A stretch of DNA of 64,000 bases from Bacteroidota bacterium (GTDB lineage: Bacteria > Bacteroidota > Ignavibacteria > SZUA-365). Both the position numbers and the translations under genes were made by a program. Positions 26,587 through 35,923 of this stretch are shown here, one piece after another. The DNA lies in the NCBI GenBank assembly GCA_003246455.1, contig QKAF01000079.1, positions 399 through 64,398 on the forward strand, written 5' to 3'. Every line of letters begins with the position of its first letter. Within the stretch, counting starts at the first letter, position 1. The notes beneath the pieces were generated by a model. The model saw only the letters and a program-made list of their open reading frames with translations. It did no database searches and was not told where the DNA came from.

Positions 26587-29500
26587 ATGGATGGCATGTC
26601 GTATCAGGTTCTTCTTGTCGAGGATCGCATCGCGGATGCGGAACTGATTCAGGAGGCGTTGCGGCAAAGTGCCGTTTCCTGTTCGGTTACCCATGTCAGG
26701 CGTCTCGCCGACGCGCTGGAGCGGACTCTTCATACCCGGTTCGATGCCGTTTTGCTCAATCTCGCCCTTTCCGACAGCAGGGGGCTCGATACGTATGTCG
26801 CGATGCGGAGCCACGCGTCCGCCCTGCCCCTGATTCTGATCACGAATGCCGACAGCCACACGGTCACGCTCGAGGCGATGAAAAAAGGGGCGGAGGATTA
26901 TCTCCGCATCGAGGAGATCAGCCCGTCGATGCTGGGAAAGGCCCTTCTGTACGCCATTGAGCGAAAAAGGCATGAGCACGACCTCCGTACGCAGAAGGAA
27001 TTCTACGAGAACCTGCTTCGGGAGGCGAACGTGTGGGTGGAAGCCCTCGATCGTCAGGGGAATGTGATTCTCTGGAATAAAGGAGCGGAAAAAATATCCG
27101 GGTACGCCTCGGAGACGATGCTTTCCGGAGGTAGCCGATGGGAATTGCTGTATCCGGACGAGAACAGGCGCCGCGAGATGGTCGAAAAGTACGCAGCCCT
27201 ACTCGAGAACGAGCGCGGCGTTCGCGATGTGGAATCCGAAATCCGCACCGCCTCGGGCGAAACCCGGCTGATCTCCTGGAATTCCAATATCATCCGGGGG
27301 AACGCCAGCGAGGTCATGGGCTGCATGCTCGTCGGAAGCGACATCACCGATCAGCGCAGCGCCAGCGAGGGCATTCTCAGGAGCGAACAGCGATTTCGCG
27401 TCCTTTCGGAACTGACGTCGGATTACGTGTATTCCGCCACAATCGACGAAAACGGGGGGTACGTCACCCAGTGGGTCGAAGGCGCGTTCGAACGTATCAC
27501 CGGGGTGCATCCGGACGAAATCCTCGGGCGGGCGAATGCGTGGTTCGAGTATATCCATCCGGGGGATCTCCCGTCCGATGCGGAGTTCGCGGCAGCGCTG
27601 CAGCGGACACCCGCCGTTTTCGAATACCGGGTGCGGCGCAGAGACGGATCCTACTGCTGGCTGCGTGACAGCATTCATCCCACATTCGATGGGGAATCGG
27701 GGGGGCTCGTCGGAATTCTCGGTGCCGTGACAGACATTTCCGAGGAAAAGCAGGCGCGTGAGTCGGAACGGCTGGCGAAACGAACGCTGGATGCGCTGAT
27801 CAATTCCTCGCAGGACTACGCCTTCCTTCTTTCCTCTGACGGGACGCTGCTCTCGGTGGGATCGGCCATCGCGGAATTTTTCGGTATGCGATCGGAGGAG
27901 ATGACCGGAAAGAAGCTCTTCGACTTCATCCCGGACGACTATCCCGAAGAGCGGCGTCATCGGCTGCATCAGCTCTGCCAGGCCCGCGAAGTCTACGAGT
28001 ACACGACTACGTTCCGTGATCACTACATACGGGTGCGCGGAACCCCGGTGTTCGATGAGCACGGCGGTCTGCTGATGGTCATCGTTTTCAGCCGCGACGT
28101 GACGGATGAGGTCCGCGCCCAGGAAACCCTCCGCCGTGAGGAAGAAAAGCTCCGCGGAATCATCGAAAATTCCACGGACGGCATTCTGCTGATGGACGCC
28201 GCCGGCAGCATCATAGAATGGAATCCCTCGATGGAGCGCATTACGGGCATTCCGAAGGCCGAAGCGCTTCGTCTCGCCCGCTGGGAGGTCGACTCCCGCC
28301 TGCTGTCGAGCGATGAAGCAGGGTACGCGGCACTTGTCGCCCGCATGAAGGAAGAGACGCTCGCGTATCTCGCGTCGGGGAACACGGACTGGCTCGATAA
28401 AATCGTGCATCGCTGGATTCAGCGACCGGACGCCGAACGGCGATTCATCGAAATGGTGAGCTTCCCGGTTCGCTCTTCTTTCGGCATGCTGACCGGTTCC
28501 ATCATGCGCGACATCACGGAAATCAAAATCGCCGAACAGGATGTCGAGGAGCAGAACCGTCGTCTGCACGCGCTCATCCATGCCATCCCGGACATGGTGT
28601 ATTTCAAGGACCTGGAACTCCGGAATATTCTCGCGAACCAGGCCTACGCCGATTTCGCAGGACGGTCCATCGACGAACTCGCCGGCCTGACGGAAGAGGA
28701 GTACCTGCCCCCGGATCTGGCCCGGCAGAGCAGCGAAAGCGACCGCGAGGTCGTGACCCGCGGCGTGACCCTGCGGCGGGAGGAATTGATCAGCGATCCG
28801 GACAGCGCCGGAGGGCGGTGGTACGAGACGGTGAAGACGCCCCTGCTCGGCGCCGAAGGGAAAATCATCGGGCTGATCGGCGTGAGCCGCGACATCACCG
28901 AGCGGAAGACGGCGGAACTCAAGCTTTCCGCACAGAACGCAGAATTACGGGAGCGCAATGAAGAACTCGACACCTTCACGCACAGCGTCGCGCATGATCT
29001 GAAAAATCCGCTGAGCCTCATTCTCGGGTACGCCGACATGGTGCAGTTCGAACGGGGCGCGTTTACCGCGAAGGAACTCCACGATTATATGGGCAGCATA
29101 CTCTTCAACGGCCGGAAGATGATCGCCATCATCAATTCCCTGCTGCTTCTCGCCAGCGTTCGTGAAGAGGAAGTCGTATTCGAGCCGATCGAAATGCGCC
29201 AGATCGTGGGCGACGCCCTGCGCCGGCTTCAGAAGCAGATCACGGACAATGACGTCGCGATTACGCTTCCGAACCGCTGGTTCGCCGCACTGGGATACGC
29301 GCCGTGGATCGAGGAAGTGTGGGTCAACTACATCGGCAATGCCATCAAGCACGGCGGAAAAGGCCGGAAGATCGCTATCGGCGCTGAGAGAATTCCTGGC
29401 GGGCTGCTGCGCTATTCGGTGACCGACGACGGACCGGGCATTCCGGCGAACAGGATGGACGAACTCTTTCTGCCGTTTACCCGGCTCGCACAGGCGAAGA

Positions 29501-29637
29501 TCGAAGGGCATGGGCTCGGCCTGTCCATCGTCAAGCGCATCATCGAGAAAACCGGGGGAGAAGTGGATGTTATCTCGGAAGAAGGCAGGGGGAGCACCTT
29601 CCGCTTTACAATTCCCGAAGCTTCAGCAGGCAGGTGA
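26587..29637 (+). CDS. Hybrid (pseudo-receiver)-multi-PAS histidine kinase
   Basis: N-terminal REC-like domain, about 5 PAS domains, VAHDLKNPL, NAIKHG, DDGPGI, GHGLGL. Confidence 0.9.
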   Translation: MDGMSYQVLLVEDRIADAELIQEALRQSAVSCSVTHVRRLADALERTLHTRFDAVLLNLALSDSRGLDTYVAMRSHASALPLILITNADSHTVTLEAMKKGAEDYLRIEEISPSMLGKALLYAIERKRHEHDLRTQKEFYENLLREANVWVEALDRQGNVILWNKGAEKISGYASETMLSGGSRWELLYPDENRRREMVEKYAALLENERGVRDVESEIRTASGETRLISWNSNIIRGNASEVMGCMLVGSDITDQRSASEGILRSEQRFRVLSELTSDYVYSATIDENGGYVTQWVEGAFERITGVHPDEILGRANAWFEYIHPGDLPSDAEFAAALQRTPAVFEYRVRRRDGSYCWLRDSIHPTFDGESGGLVGILGAVTDISEEKQARESERLAKRTLDALINSSQDYAFLLSSDGTLLSVGSAIAEFFGMRSEEMTGKKLFDFIPDDYPEERRHRLHQLCQAREVYEYTTTFRDHYIRVRGTPVFDEHGGLLMVIVFSRDVTDEVRAQETLRREEEKLRGIIENSTDGILLMDAAGSIIEWNPSMERITGIPKAEALRLARWEVDSRLLSSDEAGYAALVARMKEETLAYLASGNTDWLDKIVHRWIQRPDAERRFIEMVSFPVRSSFGMLTGSIMRDITEIKIAEQDVEEQNRRLHALIHAIPDMVYFKDLELRNILANQAYADFAGRSIDELAGLTEEEYLPPDLARQSSESDREVVTRGVTLRREELISDPDSAGGRWYETVKTPLLGAEGKIIGLIGVSRDITERKTAELKLSAQNAELRERNEELDTFTHSVAHDLKNPLSLILGYADMVQFERGAFTAKELHDYMGSILFNGRKMIAIINSLLLLASVREEEVVFEPIEMRQIVGDALRRLQKQITDNDVAITLPNRWFAALGYAPWIEEVWVNYIGNAIKHGGKGRKIAIGAERIPGGLLRYSVTDDGPGIPANRMDELFLPFTRLAQAKIEGHGLGLSIVKRIIEKTGGEVDVISEEGRGSTFRFTIPEASAGR

Positions 29638-30016
29638 AATTCTTGTCGAAGTGCGCGAGCTGATGCTCCGCGAATATGCGCAGTCCCACCGTATCCATCC
29701 CGAGAAACAGTCCCGGCATCACCGCGAATTTTCCGCTCGCCTTGGCGAACTGGCTTCGCGCGCCCTTGTACCTGCCGCTGCGTTTCAGGTGCAGGCCGGA
29801 GGCGAGCTGTATCAGCGCGCGGAAGAAGATTTCCGCATCGTCCGCCGGATCGTCTCCCATCGGAAGCCAGGCGGCCTCCCAGGCTTCATGCGCATGCCAG
29901 TACTTTCCATGATTGAACAGCGCGACCCCCGTGAGGAAGTGATCGCGCTGTCCGGCATCCAGGGGAGGCTCCTGCAGCGAAGCGATTTCATCTATGGAGC
30001 GCTTGCGCGGAGGCAT
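29606..30016 (-). CDS. DUF309 domain protein
   Basis: GVALFNHGKYWHAHEAWEAAW, ALIQLA. Confidence 0.85.
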   Translation of the reverse strand: MPPRKRSIDEIASLQEPPLDAGQRDHFLTGVALFNHGKYWHAHEAWEAAWLPMGDDPADDAEIFFRALIQLASGLHLKRSGRYKGARSQFAKASGKFAVMPGLFLGMDTVGLRIFAEHQLAHFDKNFTCLLKLREL

Positions 30017-30021
30017 GGCGC

Positions 30022-30411
30022 TTACCTGCCCGGTTCCGCGGGAATGCTGCGCTGACGTCGCGCGTCGATAAAGGACTTGACCGCGAGAATCACGAAGCCG
30101 AGTGTGAGAACGGCCATGATGCTCTGCATGACCGCGGCAAGCGGGCGGGTGACGTCGTGGCCTCCCAGCAGGTCGACAAGAGTGGAGAGGCCGCGAACCG
30201 ATCCGGCGAAGCCGATCAAAGCGAGGGCGGCGATGCCGTGCATCATGTGCTTGCGAAGTTTTTCCTTTCGAGCGAGAAAGCCGAGAATGAGGATCGGGAT
30301 GCCGAAAAAGGTCGGGATCAGCGCGGTGATGCTTTCCCCGGCGGAGGCTGCATAGCCGAGCACGCCAAGGAGACTGAGGAGAACACCAAGACCGAGGGAA
30401 AGTGATACCAT
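30022..30411 (-). CDS. Small 4-TM membrane protein (TMEM14-like)
   Basis: SITALIP.FFG, RKHMMH, SFIDARR. Confidence 0.75.
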   Translation of the reverse strand: MVSLSLGLGVLLSLLGVLGYAASAGESITALIPTFFGIPILILGFLARKEKLRKHMMHGIAALALIGFAGSVRGLSTLVDLLGGHDVTRPLAAVMQSIMAVLTLGFVILAVKSFIDARRQRSIPAEPGR

Positions 30412-30537
30412 TCTATACTCCGGGAGAATGCGTTTGCAAAATGATCTGTCAGCAGAACAGGCAAAACGCCGTCAAGGGTTCCGCACGCATCCGGATGATG
30501 CCTTCGGCGGAGCCCGGAGTGACATGAATGGAGGGGG

Positions 30538-31320
30538 TTACATCAGGCCCTGGTCACGCAGAAGAACACGGAGAAGGGTATGCCGCTTTTTCACGAAACC
30601 GTACAGATCGTCGGTTTCCGGCATCTGCACGTTCATGACGTATATGTACACATGCCCGCCGCGCTCGAGATATCCGACGAGCCATCCGATGATGTCGTCG
30701 CTGCGCAGCGCCGTTCCGGTTTTTCCCCGCAGCGTGTATTCATCGGTACGTTCGAGCACCATCAGCTCCTTCACCGTCCGCTGAGCCTCTCTCGGGAAGG
30801 GGAGTTCCTCCCTCCAGAGGCGCCGGAGGAAGGTCAATTGCTCTTCCGAAGAAATACGCAGCGCACCGTCGAGCCAGAAGCGGTCGATGCCGCCGTGGAT
30901 ATCCATATTGCCGTAGCCCGCTGCCGCGACGGCCTCCTTCATGCGTGTTTCCCCGATACGCCGGGCGAGTTCCTGGTAAAACCACACGCAGGAGCGCTGG
31001 AACGCGTCACGCATGCACTGATCCTGGTTCCATGATTCGATGGCGTGCTTCGTCCCGTCCCATTTCAAGGTGTCATCGAGTCCGCTGACCGCACCGGTTT
31101 CGAGCGCAATCATCGAATTGAGGATCTTGAAGGTGGAAGCGGGAATGTAGCGCTGGGCGCAGCGGTCGGGATTGATGCGATAGCAGCTGTCGCTTTCGAG
31201 TTCACACAGCAGAAACGACCCGGTAAGTCCGGCTTCCCGGAAGTGGCGTTCGGGATCGCCGCCTCCATGCAGGGGAAGGAGAAGTGCGGTGAGGAAGATG
31301 ACAGGAAGAGTGAAAAGCAT
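30538..31320 (-). CDS. Class D beta-lactamase (OXA-like) / serine penicillin-binding protein
   Basis: Signal peptide, PASTFK, SCV, YGN, FWLDG, KTG motifs. Confidence 0.9.
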   Translation of the reverse strand: MLFTLPVIFLTALLLPLHGGGDPERHFREAGLTGSFLLCELESDSCYRINPDRCAQRYIPASTFKILNSMIALETGAVSGLDDTLKWDGTKHAIESWNQDQCMRDAFQRSCVWFYQELARRIGETRMKEAVAAAGYGNMDIHGGIDRFWLDGALRISSEEQLTFLRRLWREELPFPREAQRTVKELMVLERTDEYTLRGKTGTALRSDDIIGWLVGYLERGGHVYIYVMNVQMPETDDLYGFVKKRHTLLRVLLRDQGLM

Positions 31321-31326
31321 GACGGC

Positions 31327-32373
31327 TCAGGCGCTGGTGGAGAGGACGGTGGAATAGAGGCGGAGGATATTCCCTCCGATGATGCCGATGAGTTCCTCGT
31401 CGGTAAAACCCCGGTCGGCAAGCGCCTGAATGAAAACCGGCAGCGTCCGCACGGTTTCGGCACCCGGGATGAAGGCCATCAGGTCCGCGGGAAGCCGGTC
31501 GCGCTCGAGCCACCGCTCCATGGCGTCCATGTAATAGTCGGCGTAGTCGGGTCCCAGCGCGAGCGCCTGCGGGCCTGCCAGCGAGGCGATGTGCACGGCG
31601 TGGTCGGCGAGGCGATCGGCCGTGGCTTTTCCCCGGTCGGCATCGATGAACATGGCGAGGAAATTCAGACCGATCACGCCATCGCGCCGGCCGACTTCAC
31701 GAATCTGCTCGTCGGTCAGGTTCCGCCTGTGGTCGCAGAGAGCGCGCGCATTACTGTGCGAGACGACCGGGGGGAGCGTGTAATGGTCCACCGCATCCCA
31801 GAACGACGGATCCGAGAGATGGACGAGGTCGAGCACCATGTGAAGGGACTCCATTTCGCGAACCACGGCGCGGCCGAACTTGCTGAGTCCGCCCGGAAGC
31901 GGTTCGCCGCAGCCGTCCGCAGCCAGGTTGCGCTCGTTGTGCGTCAGTATCACGGATCGCACGTCCGCGGCATACAGCAGGCGCAGGGCCGCGAGATCCT
32001 CGACACCGCGGATTCCCTCGAGCGCCAGCATGAAATGCGTACCGCTGCGCCGGGCAGCTTCCGCGATGTCCGCCGCGCTCCGCACGAGATGGAACTCTTC
32101 ATGCGCGTCGATCTGGCGTCGCGTCGCGTCGATGATGCCGCGCATGAGACGGTGGTCCCAGAGCTTGAGGGTGTCGATATCGAAATCGCCGGCGACGGTC
32201 AGCACTTCCATGCTCACCATGCCCTCGCGCAGCGCCGGGAGGTGCTCTCGCGCCAGCGCATCGGCGGCACCGTCCTGCTCGCGCCGGTACAGCTCGACGG
32301 CGTAGTCGGAATGCGCGTCGACGACCGGGTGTGCCGACATCAGGGTGCGGATGCGTTCGGAGACCGTATTCAT
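31327..32373 (-). CDS. Membrane (renal-type) dipeptidase, peptidase M19
   Basis: DAHSD, LALEG, LTHN, DLVH, VSHSN, RNLTDEQ, GPD. Start MNTVS overlaps the upstream stop (ATGA). Confidence 0.88.
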   Translation of the reverse strand: MNTVSERIRTLMSAHPVVDAHSDYAVELYRREQDGAADALAREHLPALREGMVSMEVLTVAGDFDIDTLKLWDHRLMRGIIDATRRQIDAHEEFHLVRSAADIAEAARRSGTHFMLALEGIRGVEDLAALRLLYAADVRSVILTHNERNLAADGCGEPLPGGLSKFGRAVVREMESLHMVLDLVHLSDPSFWDAVDHYTLPPVVSHSNARALCDHRRNLTDEQIREVGRRDGVIGLNFLAMFIDADRGKATADRLADHAVHIASLAGPQALALGPDYADYYMDAMERWLERDRLPADLMAFIPGAETVRTLPVFIQALADRGFTDEELIGIIGGNILRLYSTVLSTSA

Positions 32374-33557
32374 GAAGGGGATTCCTCCTGCCTGGGTGTA
32401 TGGTCCGCGGGTGCGGACGGAGTGGACCGGGATGGTGCCGGTGATGCCGCCGGCGCGCCTGCGTAATGATCGGCGACGGTTCCGTCGAGCAGACGGTATC
32501 CCTTCATGCATTCCGCCGTCAGGCAGGAATGCACGGGCAAAATGCCGAGAAGGTCGCCTTCGCTCAGGGCCGAGCGGTCTTCCGCCGCAAGCTGTACGAT
32601 GCCGTGTTCCTGCGAAAGCCGGACGACGGATGCACCGGTGAGCGGCCGGGCCCATCCCCCGGCGCTGAGCGGGACGGGCAGCCCGAAGTTCTGCGCGCCG
32701 CGGGCATCGACGAGCTGCTCTCGCGAGAGGTGCACGGCGCCCCCGTACAGCACGAGTTCGCTGCGCTCATCGTGGAACGCGACGACCGGGCAGGCGAGCG
32801 CGACGGCGATGTCTTCCACGCGGCAGACCCCGCGGCGCAGCTGCATGACATCGAAGAAAACAAAGTTTCCGGGGCGAATCTCATCGATCCCGGAGAAGTC
32901 GTCAGCCAGCGTACAGCCGGGTGTGTCGCCGACCGAAATCTGGATACGCGGGTGATCGTCACGGAGGGAGTCCGCGGCCGCGAGCATCCGTCTGCGCGTA
33001 CGCGTGAAGCGCTGGACCACGTCCGCCGCATCCGCCGCCTGGTACGTGTCGCCGCCGTGCGTGAGCAAGCCGCGGAGGCGAAGCCCCGGCGCATCCGCGA
33101 TCACGCGCGCGAGCGCACCCAGCCGGTCTGCGTCGTCGAAAGAGATGCCGCTGCGTCCGTACCCGGTATCGATTTTTATCCACACATCGACCGGCGCGTG
33201 GAGCAGGACGCTGAGCCGTTCGGCTGCCGCCGCGGATTCCACGAGGACTCCGAGGCGTATGCGTGCCGCAAGCGCGTCGATCTCCTCCGCTTCGCGCAGG
33301 TTCACCGGGAAAGCCACGGTGATATCGTCCCAGCCGTCGTCGGCGAAGTACCGCGCCATGCCCACGGAGGAGACGGTGATCGCGGTGACGCCGGCGTCCC
33401 GGAACCACGATCCGATGCGCCGCGACTGATGCGTTTTGAAGTGCGGCCGGAATACGAGCCCGTGCGACGCGGCCTTTTCCTGCATGCGCGTGATATTTCT
33501 CCTGCAGATCGCAGCGTCGAGCAGAAGCGTCGGGGTGCGGACATCCGGCAGCAGCAT
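32370..33557 (-). CDS. Fold-type III PLP enzyme, D-threonine aldolase / D-serine dehydratase (DSD1-like) family
   Basis: TPTLLLD, RPHFKTH (PLP Lys), KIDTGYGRSG, EIRPGNFVF, LSQEHG, PVHSC. The N-terminal ~630 aa of the listed ORF are antisense shadow. Confidence 0.85.
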   Translation of the reverse strand: MLLPDVRTPTLLLDAAICRRNITRMQEKAASHGLVFRPHFKTHQSRRIGSWFRDAGVTAITVSSVGMARYFADDGWDDITVAFPVNLREAEEIDALAARIRLGVLVESAAAAERLSVLLHAPVDVWIKIDTGYGRSGISFDDADRLGALARVIADAPGLRLRGLLTHGGDTYQAADAADVVQRFTRTRRRMLAAADSLRDDHPRIQISVGDTPGCTLADDFSGIDEIRPGNFVFFDVMQLRRGVCRVEDIAVALACPVVAFHDERSELVLYGGAVHLSREQLVDARGAQNFGLPVPLSAGGWARPLTGASVVRLSQEHGIVQLAAEDRSALSEGDLLGILPVHSCLTAECMKGYRLLDGTVADHYAGAPAASPAPSRSTPSAPADHTPRQEESPS

Positions 33558-33614
33558 GTCAGGTGCTCCGTTTTTTTCTATATTGAGTGAAACGCAAACA
33601 GGCAGTGATCGCTC

Positions 33615-34742
33615 ATGAATATTCTCGAGTTCATCCTCGGTGAGACGCGGCTTTCGATACTCCTTTCCACGGTTCTGATCGTCGTGCTGGGATACGCGGG
33701 GGGACGTATTCTCAAACTGGTTCTGCGGCTGTTCAGCGACAAGATAACAAAAAAAACACGTTCGGCTCTCGACGACCTGATCGTGAGCACGCTCGCGCAG
33801 TACGCCACCGCAATGGTCACGATATTCGTGGCCTACTGGTCTATGAAATGGTCCGCCGGAGCGCTCGACGATACCATTCCGCTTCTCACGAAAGGTCTTC
33901 ATATCGTCACGGAAGCGCTGTACGTGGTCACGGTGCTCTACGCCAGCTACTTCGTCACCCGACTTATCGATGCCACGGTCCGCTGGTACCTGCACGAGGT
34001 CGCGACGCGAACGCAGACGCATCTCGACGACGAACTGGCGCCGCTGGCGAATCGCGTGCTCAAGATCCTGATCTACCTCGTGGGAGTGGTGATCATCCTT
34101 GATCATTTTCACCAGAATATCAGCACGCTCGTCGTTTCCCTCGGTGTCGGCTCGCTCGCGATCGCGCTTGCGGCGCAGGAGACGCTGGCCAACATGATCG
34201 CGGGATTCGTGCTGATGATCGACAGGCCGTTTCGCATCGGCGATCGCATACGTCTGCCCGACGGCACCATCGGACTGGTGCGCGAAATCGGGATCCGGTC
34301 GACGAAGGTCATCGACGACTACCAGGTCATGGTCATCACCCCCAATGCCGAGATCGTCAAAAGCCAGATCAAGAATTTCTCCTACCCGAACGACATCGTG
34401 CGCTTCGAGGTCGCGTTCGGGGTGGCATACGGGACGGATCTGAAGGCGATGCGGCGGATTGTGCTCGAACGCATCAACCGTGACGCGGATATCGTCGAGC
34501 CTGAGACCTCGGAGGTCCGTATCACGGAAATGGCGGATTCCTCCATGAACGCCGTCCTGCTCTGCAAAATCCGTAATCCGAACAACATTCCCCGGAGAAA
34601 GAGCGATCTTCTGCTGACCATATACGACACCCTCTACGAAAACAACATCGAAATCCCGTTTCCCCAGCGTGTCCTCCATCTCGCCCCGGAAACCCGGGAG
34701 GCGTTCGCGGCATCGTCCGACACGAAGGGGAGCGGAGACTAG
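33615..34742 (+). CDS. MscS-family mechanosensitive channel
   Basis: LGVGSLAIALAAQETLAN, DRPFRIGD, IGIRST, IEIPFPQR. Confidence 0.93.
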   Translation: MNILEFILGETRLSILLSTVLIVVLGYAGGRILKLVLRLFSDKITKKTRSALDDLIVSTLAQYATAMVTIFVAYWSMKWSAGALDDTIPLLTKGLHIVTEALYVVTVLYASYFVTRLIDATVRWYLHEVATRTQTHLDDELAPLANRVLKILIYLVGVVIILDHFHQNISTLVVSLGVGSLAIALAAQETLANMIAGFVLMIDRPFRIGDRIRLPDGTIGLVREIGIRSTKVIDDYQVMVITPNAEIVKSQIKNFSYPNDIVRFEVAFGVAYGTDLKAMRRIVLERINRDADIVEPETSEVRITEMADSSMNAVLLCKIRNPNNIPRRKSDLLLTIYDTLYENNIEIPFPQRVLHLAPETREAFAASSDTKGSGD

Positions 34743-34748
34743 CGCGGC

Positions 34749-35342
34749 ATGAAAAATCCCTACGAAATCACGCGGCATGAAATCATCTTCGAAGGACGTG
34801 TGTTTACCATTATTCGAGACGAGGTGCGGCACGAAAGCGGCTACGCCTCGGTGCGCGAAGTGGTCGAACATCACGGCGGCGCGGTCATCGCCGCACTGCA
34901 CGATAACGGCGACGTCCTGCTCATCCGCCAGTTCCGCTATCCCGTGGCGGATGCCATCCTCGAGCTGCCCGCCGGCAAGCTCGGTCCGGGCGAGGATCCC
35001 CTCGACTGCGCACGCCGCGAGCTGCGCGAGGAAACCGGCTGCAGCGCCGATCGCTGGGAAAAACTGACCGCGATGCTCACCACGCCGGGATTCTGCAGCG
35101 AGGTGCTGCACATCTACCTTGCCCGGGGACTGCACAACGGCGTGCAGGCGCTGGAAGAGGGCGAGGAAAGCATCGAGGTGCTTCGCGTGCCCCTGTCCGA
35201 AGCGCTCGCGATGTGCTCCGACGGACGCATTCGCGACGGCAAGACCATCACCGGTCTCGCGCTCACGGCCCTGCGTCTCGAGTCCCTCTCCGCCCGCGGC
35301 GGACACGAATCCGGCGGCGGACACGAACAGAACGATCATTAA
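34749..35342 (+). CDS. NUDIX hydrolase (ADP-ribose pyrophosphatase/NudF-like)
   Basis: RQFRYP, ELPAGK..GE....ARRELREETG, DGKT. Confidence 0.9.
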   Translation: MKNPYEITRHEIIFEGRVFTIIRDEVRHESGYASVREVVEHHGGAVIAALHDNGDVLLIRQFRYPVADAILELPAGKLGPGEDPLDCARRELREETGCSADRWEKLTAMLTTPGFCSEVLHIYLARGLHNGVQALEEGEESIEVLRVPLSEALAMCSDGRIRDGKTITGLALTALRLESLSARGGHESGGGHEQNDH

Positions 35343-35359
35343 CAGAGGTATCGACATAC

Positions 35360-35923
35360 ATGCGTATCCAATCTGTCTTCCTGCTCCTTTTCCTGGTCGG
35401 CGCGTGCAGCGCAGTCGCGCAGCAGCAGCCCGACTCGCCACCCGCGGGCGTGTATTCCTTCACGCTCAACAGCATCGACGGGAAAGCAACGCCGCTGGCC
35501 GACTATCGCGGCGACGTGCTCCTTATCGTGAACACCGCCTCCGAATGCGGGTACACGCCGCAATACGCACCGCTGGAGCAGCTGTATCAGCGTTTCCGGG
35601 ACCGCGGACTGCGGATTCTCGCCTTTCCCGCCAATAACTTCGGCGGGCAGGAGCCGGGCAGCAACGCCGAAATCAAGGAATTCTGCACGAGCCACTACGC
35701 CGTCACCTTCGATCTGTTTGAGAAAATCAGCGTCAAAGGGGAGGACATCCATCCTCTCTACCATTACCTGACGGCGGAAACCGATTTCCCGGGCGACATC
35801 CGGTGGAATTTCACGAAGTTCCTCGTCAGCCGCGACGGCACAGTCGTCGCCCGCTTTGACACAAAGGTCGATCCCCTCGATGGACACGTCGTTTCGCAGA
35901 TCGAGGGGTTGCTCAATGAGTGA
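35360..35923 (+). CDS. Cys-type glutathione peroxidase, secreted
   Basis: VNTASECGYTPQY, FPANNFGGQEPG, WNFTKFL, signal peptide. Confidence 0.92.
   Translation: MRIQSVFLLLFLVGACSAVAQQQPDSPPAGVYSFTLNSIDGKATPLADYRGDVLLIVNTASECGYTPQYAPLEQLYQRFRDRGLRILAFPANNFGGQEPGSNAEIKEFCTSHYAVTFDLFEKISVKGEDIHPLYHYLTAETDFPGDIRWNFTKFLVSRDGTVVARFDTKVDPLDGHVVSQIEGLLNE

Noticed and set aside
33558-35441. N-terminal 630 aa of the 1023-aa ORF, suggesting a giant fusion
   Set aside because: Lies antisense to mscS and the NUDIX gene; homology begins at ATG 33557.
35360-35923. Selenocysteine in the glutathione peroxidase
   Set aside because: Active-site codon is TGC (Cys); no in-frame TGA.
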